From the NCBI RefSeq assembly GCF_009914755.1, contig NC_060928.1: a DNA stretch of 64,000 bases. One strand, written 5' to 3'. A program made the translations under genes and the position numbers. This document shows, piece by piece, positions 62,341 to 64,000 of this stretch (the stretch's first letter is position 1; each line of letters starts with the position of its first letter). The DNA is from the human T2T-CHM13v2.0 reference genome, Homo sapiens. The notes under the pieces are model-generated. The model worked only from the letters and a program-made list of their open reading frames with translations, did no database searches and was not told where the DNA came from.

Positions 62341-63789
62341 CTCTTCCCACCAAGGCAGGTCATCTACAGCACCTTCTACTCTTAAGGGGTCTGCCATTTC
62401 CACCCTCTCTGAACAGACATAAAACAAACAAGTGTATTATGTCTGTGTGTGTCTTTATGTGAGTGTGTAGACTCTGAGGAACAGGTAAGTCTTGGAATCC
62501 CTTGAGTGTTTAGTGTGAACCTAGTATGTTTAGCCAGCCAGTATCAGGTCAGTACCCTTTAGCCAGCCAGCCTCATTTTCCATTTGGTCCAGCAAAATGG
62601 AATGCCAAGAATAGTGATGGGGCTAACAGGATGCATGAATCCATACTTGTTGAATAACTTATTAGGTAGAAGTAGCAGGTCAAACAAACCTTTCCCCCTC
62701 AGATACGCTCAGCAACAATTCAGTGTTGCGGCTCTCCTGCTCCTCAGAGAGCTCTTATTACCCCAGCAGTGGGGACACTCAGAAACCCTAAGACCACAAG
62801 TCTTTGTGTTGAAAGAGGCTACAAGTGCGGAAAAGAGGAAAAATAAGGAAAGGAGTACCTCATTAACAGTATGGAGATTTGAAAGTACAGGCTTTTGAAA
62901 GTGACTCTCTGAAGCTCCTGGGCCACTCAGCTTCTCCTCTAACTTCCTGTCTGCCCCCAACAGTGGGGGAGGTCAACAGAGGGGCTGGCCAGTCAATAGA
63001 ACTAGCAACTGCTGAAATCCACATGAAGCTATGGTGGAGAATGTGACCCTTCCAAAAGGAAACCACAGCTGGTTGTGGAATGCAAGATGCGGAAGCACTG
63101 ATGCCTGCCTTCTATGCTGTTGCTATTGTGATTTCTGCAGCATTATGAGGAAGGTTTCTGATGGAATGAATTTTGCATCTTTTAAGAAAGTGTCTCTATA
63201 CCTGGATATGTGCTTGATAAGGTTAATAGAGCAATTCTTGGTGTGTCTTTTTAACCCACAGGAAGGTTAACAGAGGCTTTCATCGTTGGTCCTGTAAGCC
63301 TACCCTGAAAGGAACTTTCTGGAAAGAGTCCCCTCCCCCTTAAAAAATGCCTTATAGAATCTTGAGGTTTTGAGGTTGATGTGTTTCCACACCCAAATAA
63401 CCCCAAAATAGTTCATCCTATTGAAATTCTTGGTGTCCTGGAAAGCATTCTATGGAAAACCTGCCTGGTCAGCCAAGCCCACACGTGAGTCTATGCAGAC
63501 ATCTCCTCTAACCTCGCAAGCCCCAGGAACCTCCTCTAACCTCTCAAGTCCCAGGATCTGAGGACCAATTTTTAGCACAATCTCACACAACAAACCTATT
63601 GGGCACCTAATAATAGAAACAAGCTAATGAATGTTTTGACTGTGACAAAAAAAAATGGTTTAATAACTTTTTATAAATGCATTGTTTCTTCTCATTGTCT
63701 CAGGGTTATGCCAAAATTAATTTCAAAACTATCTGCTTAAATGTGTCCTTGGACAATAATCACCAGTAAGTCCTGACTTCACCCCCTTT

Positions 63790-64000
63790 CTGGTAGCGGT
63801 CTGACGTTCCTTTGCAGAGTTTCGCTTCCATCGATAAGTTACTTTAAATAAAAAGTTAAAATAAAAACTAGAAGCCACAATTGTGCCTATGTCAGTCATC
63901 GAAGTCTTGTACAGGAGTCCGTCTTCGCAGCGCATCGTTCTCAGAAGTTTCCCGCGGGAGGAAAGCTCCACTTTATGAATTACTCGAACAGCTTCCCTGG
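63790..64000. promoter_or_regulatory. Edge of a CpG-enriched region, probably the shore of the CORIN promoter/exon 1 island
   Basis: Roughly a dozen CpGs in 210 bp of non-Alu sequence, versus strong CpG depletion elsewhere in the window. Confidence 0.55.

Overview
This is primate, almost certainly human, genomic DNA lying entirely inside the minus-strand CORIN gene (type II transmembrane serine protease, the pro-ANP convertase). It contains two short coding exons. Exon 2 (34245-34389, 145 bp) encodes the end of the cytoplasmic tail and the transmembrane anchor, and is missing from the supplied ORF track. Exon 3 (14065-14265, 201 bp) encodes the glycosylated stalk. The rest is intron 3 (partial), intron 2 and most of intron 1. 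Rising CpG density at the right edge is consistent with exon 1 lying just outside the window. Introns are dominated by Alu, L1, L2, MIR, LTR (MER52, MER61, MER21, MLT1) and DNA-transposon (MER47A, MER58A, MER33, MER3, MER5A, MER20) relics. Almost all supplied ORFs are repeat-derived or chance frames. I found no evidence for a new multi-gene system. The most interesting observations are: two dense cardiac TF motif clusters in intron 1, a candidate antisense first exon next to one of them, a competing +4 splice donor at exon 2, a ~500 bp non-tandem duplication inserted into an LTR, a 7SK fragment abutting an Alu 5' end, and several informative retrotransposition scars. Repeat subfamilies and boundaries were assigned by eye from remembered consensus sequences and are approximate.
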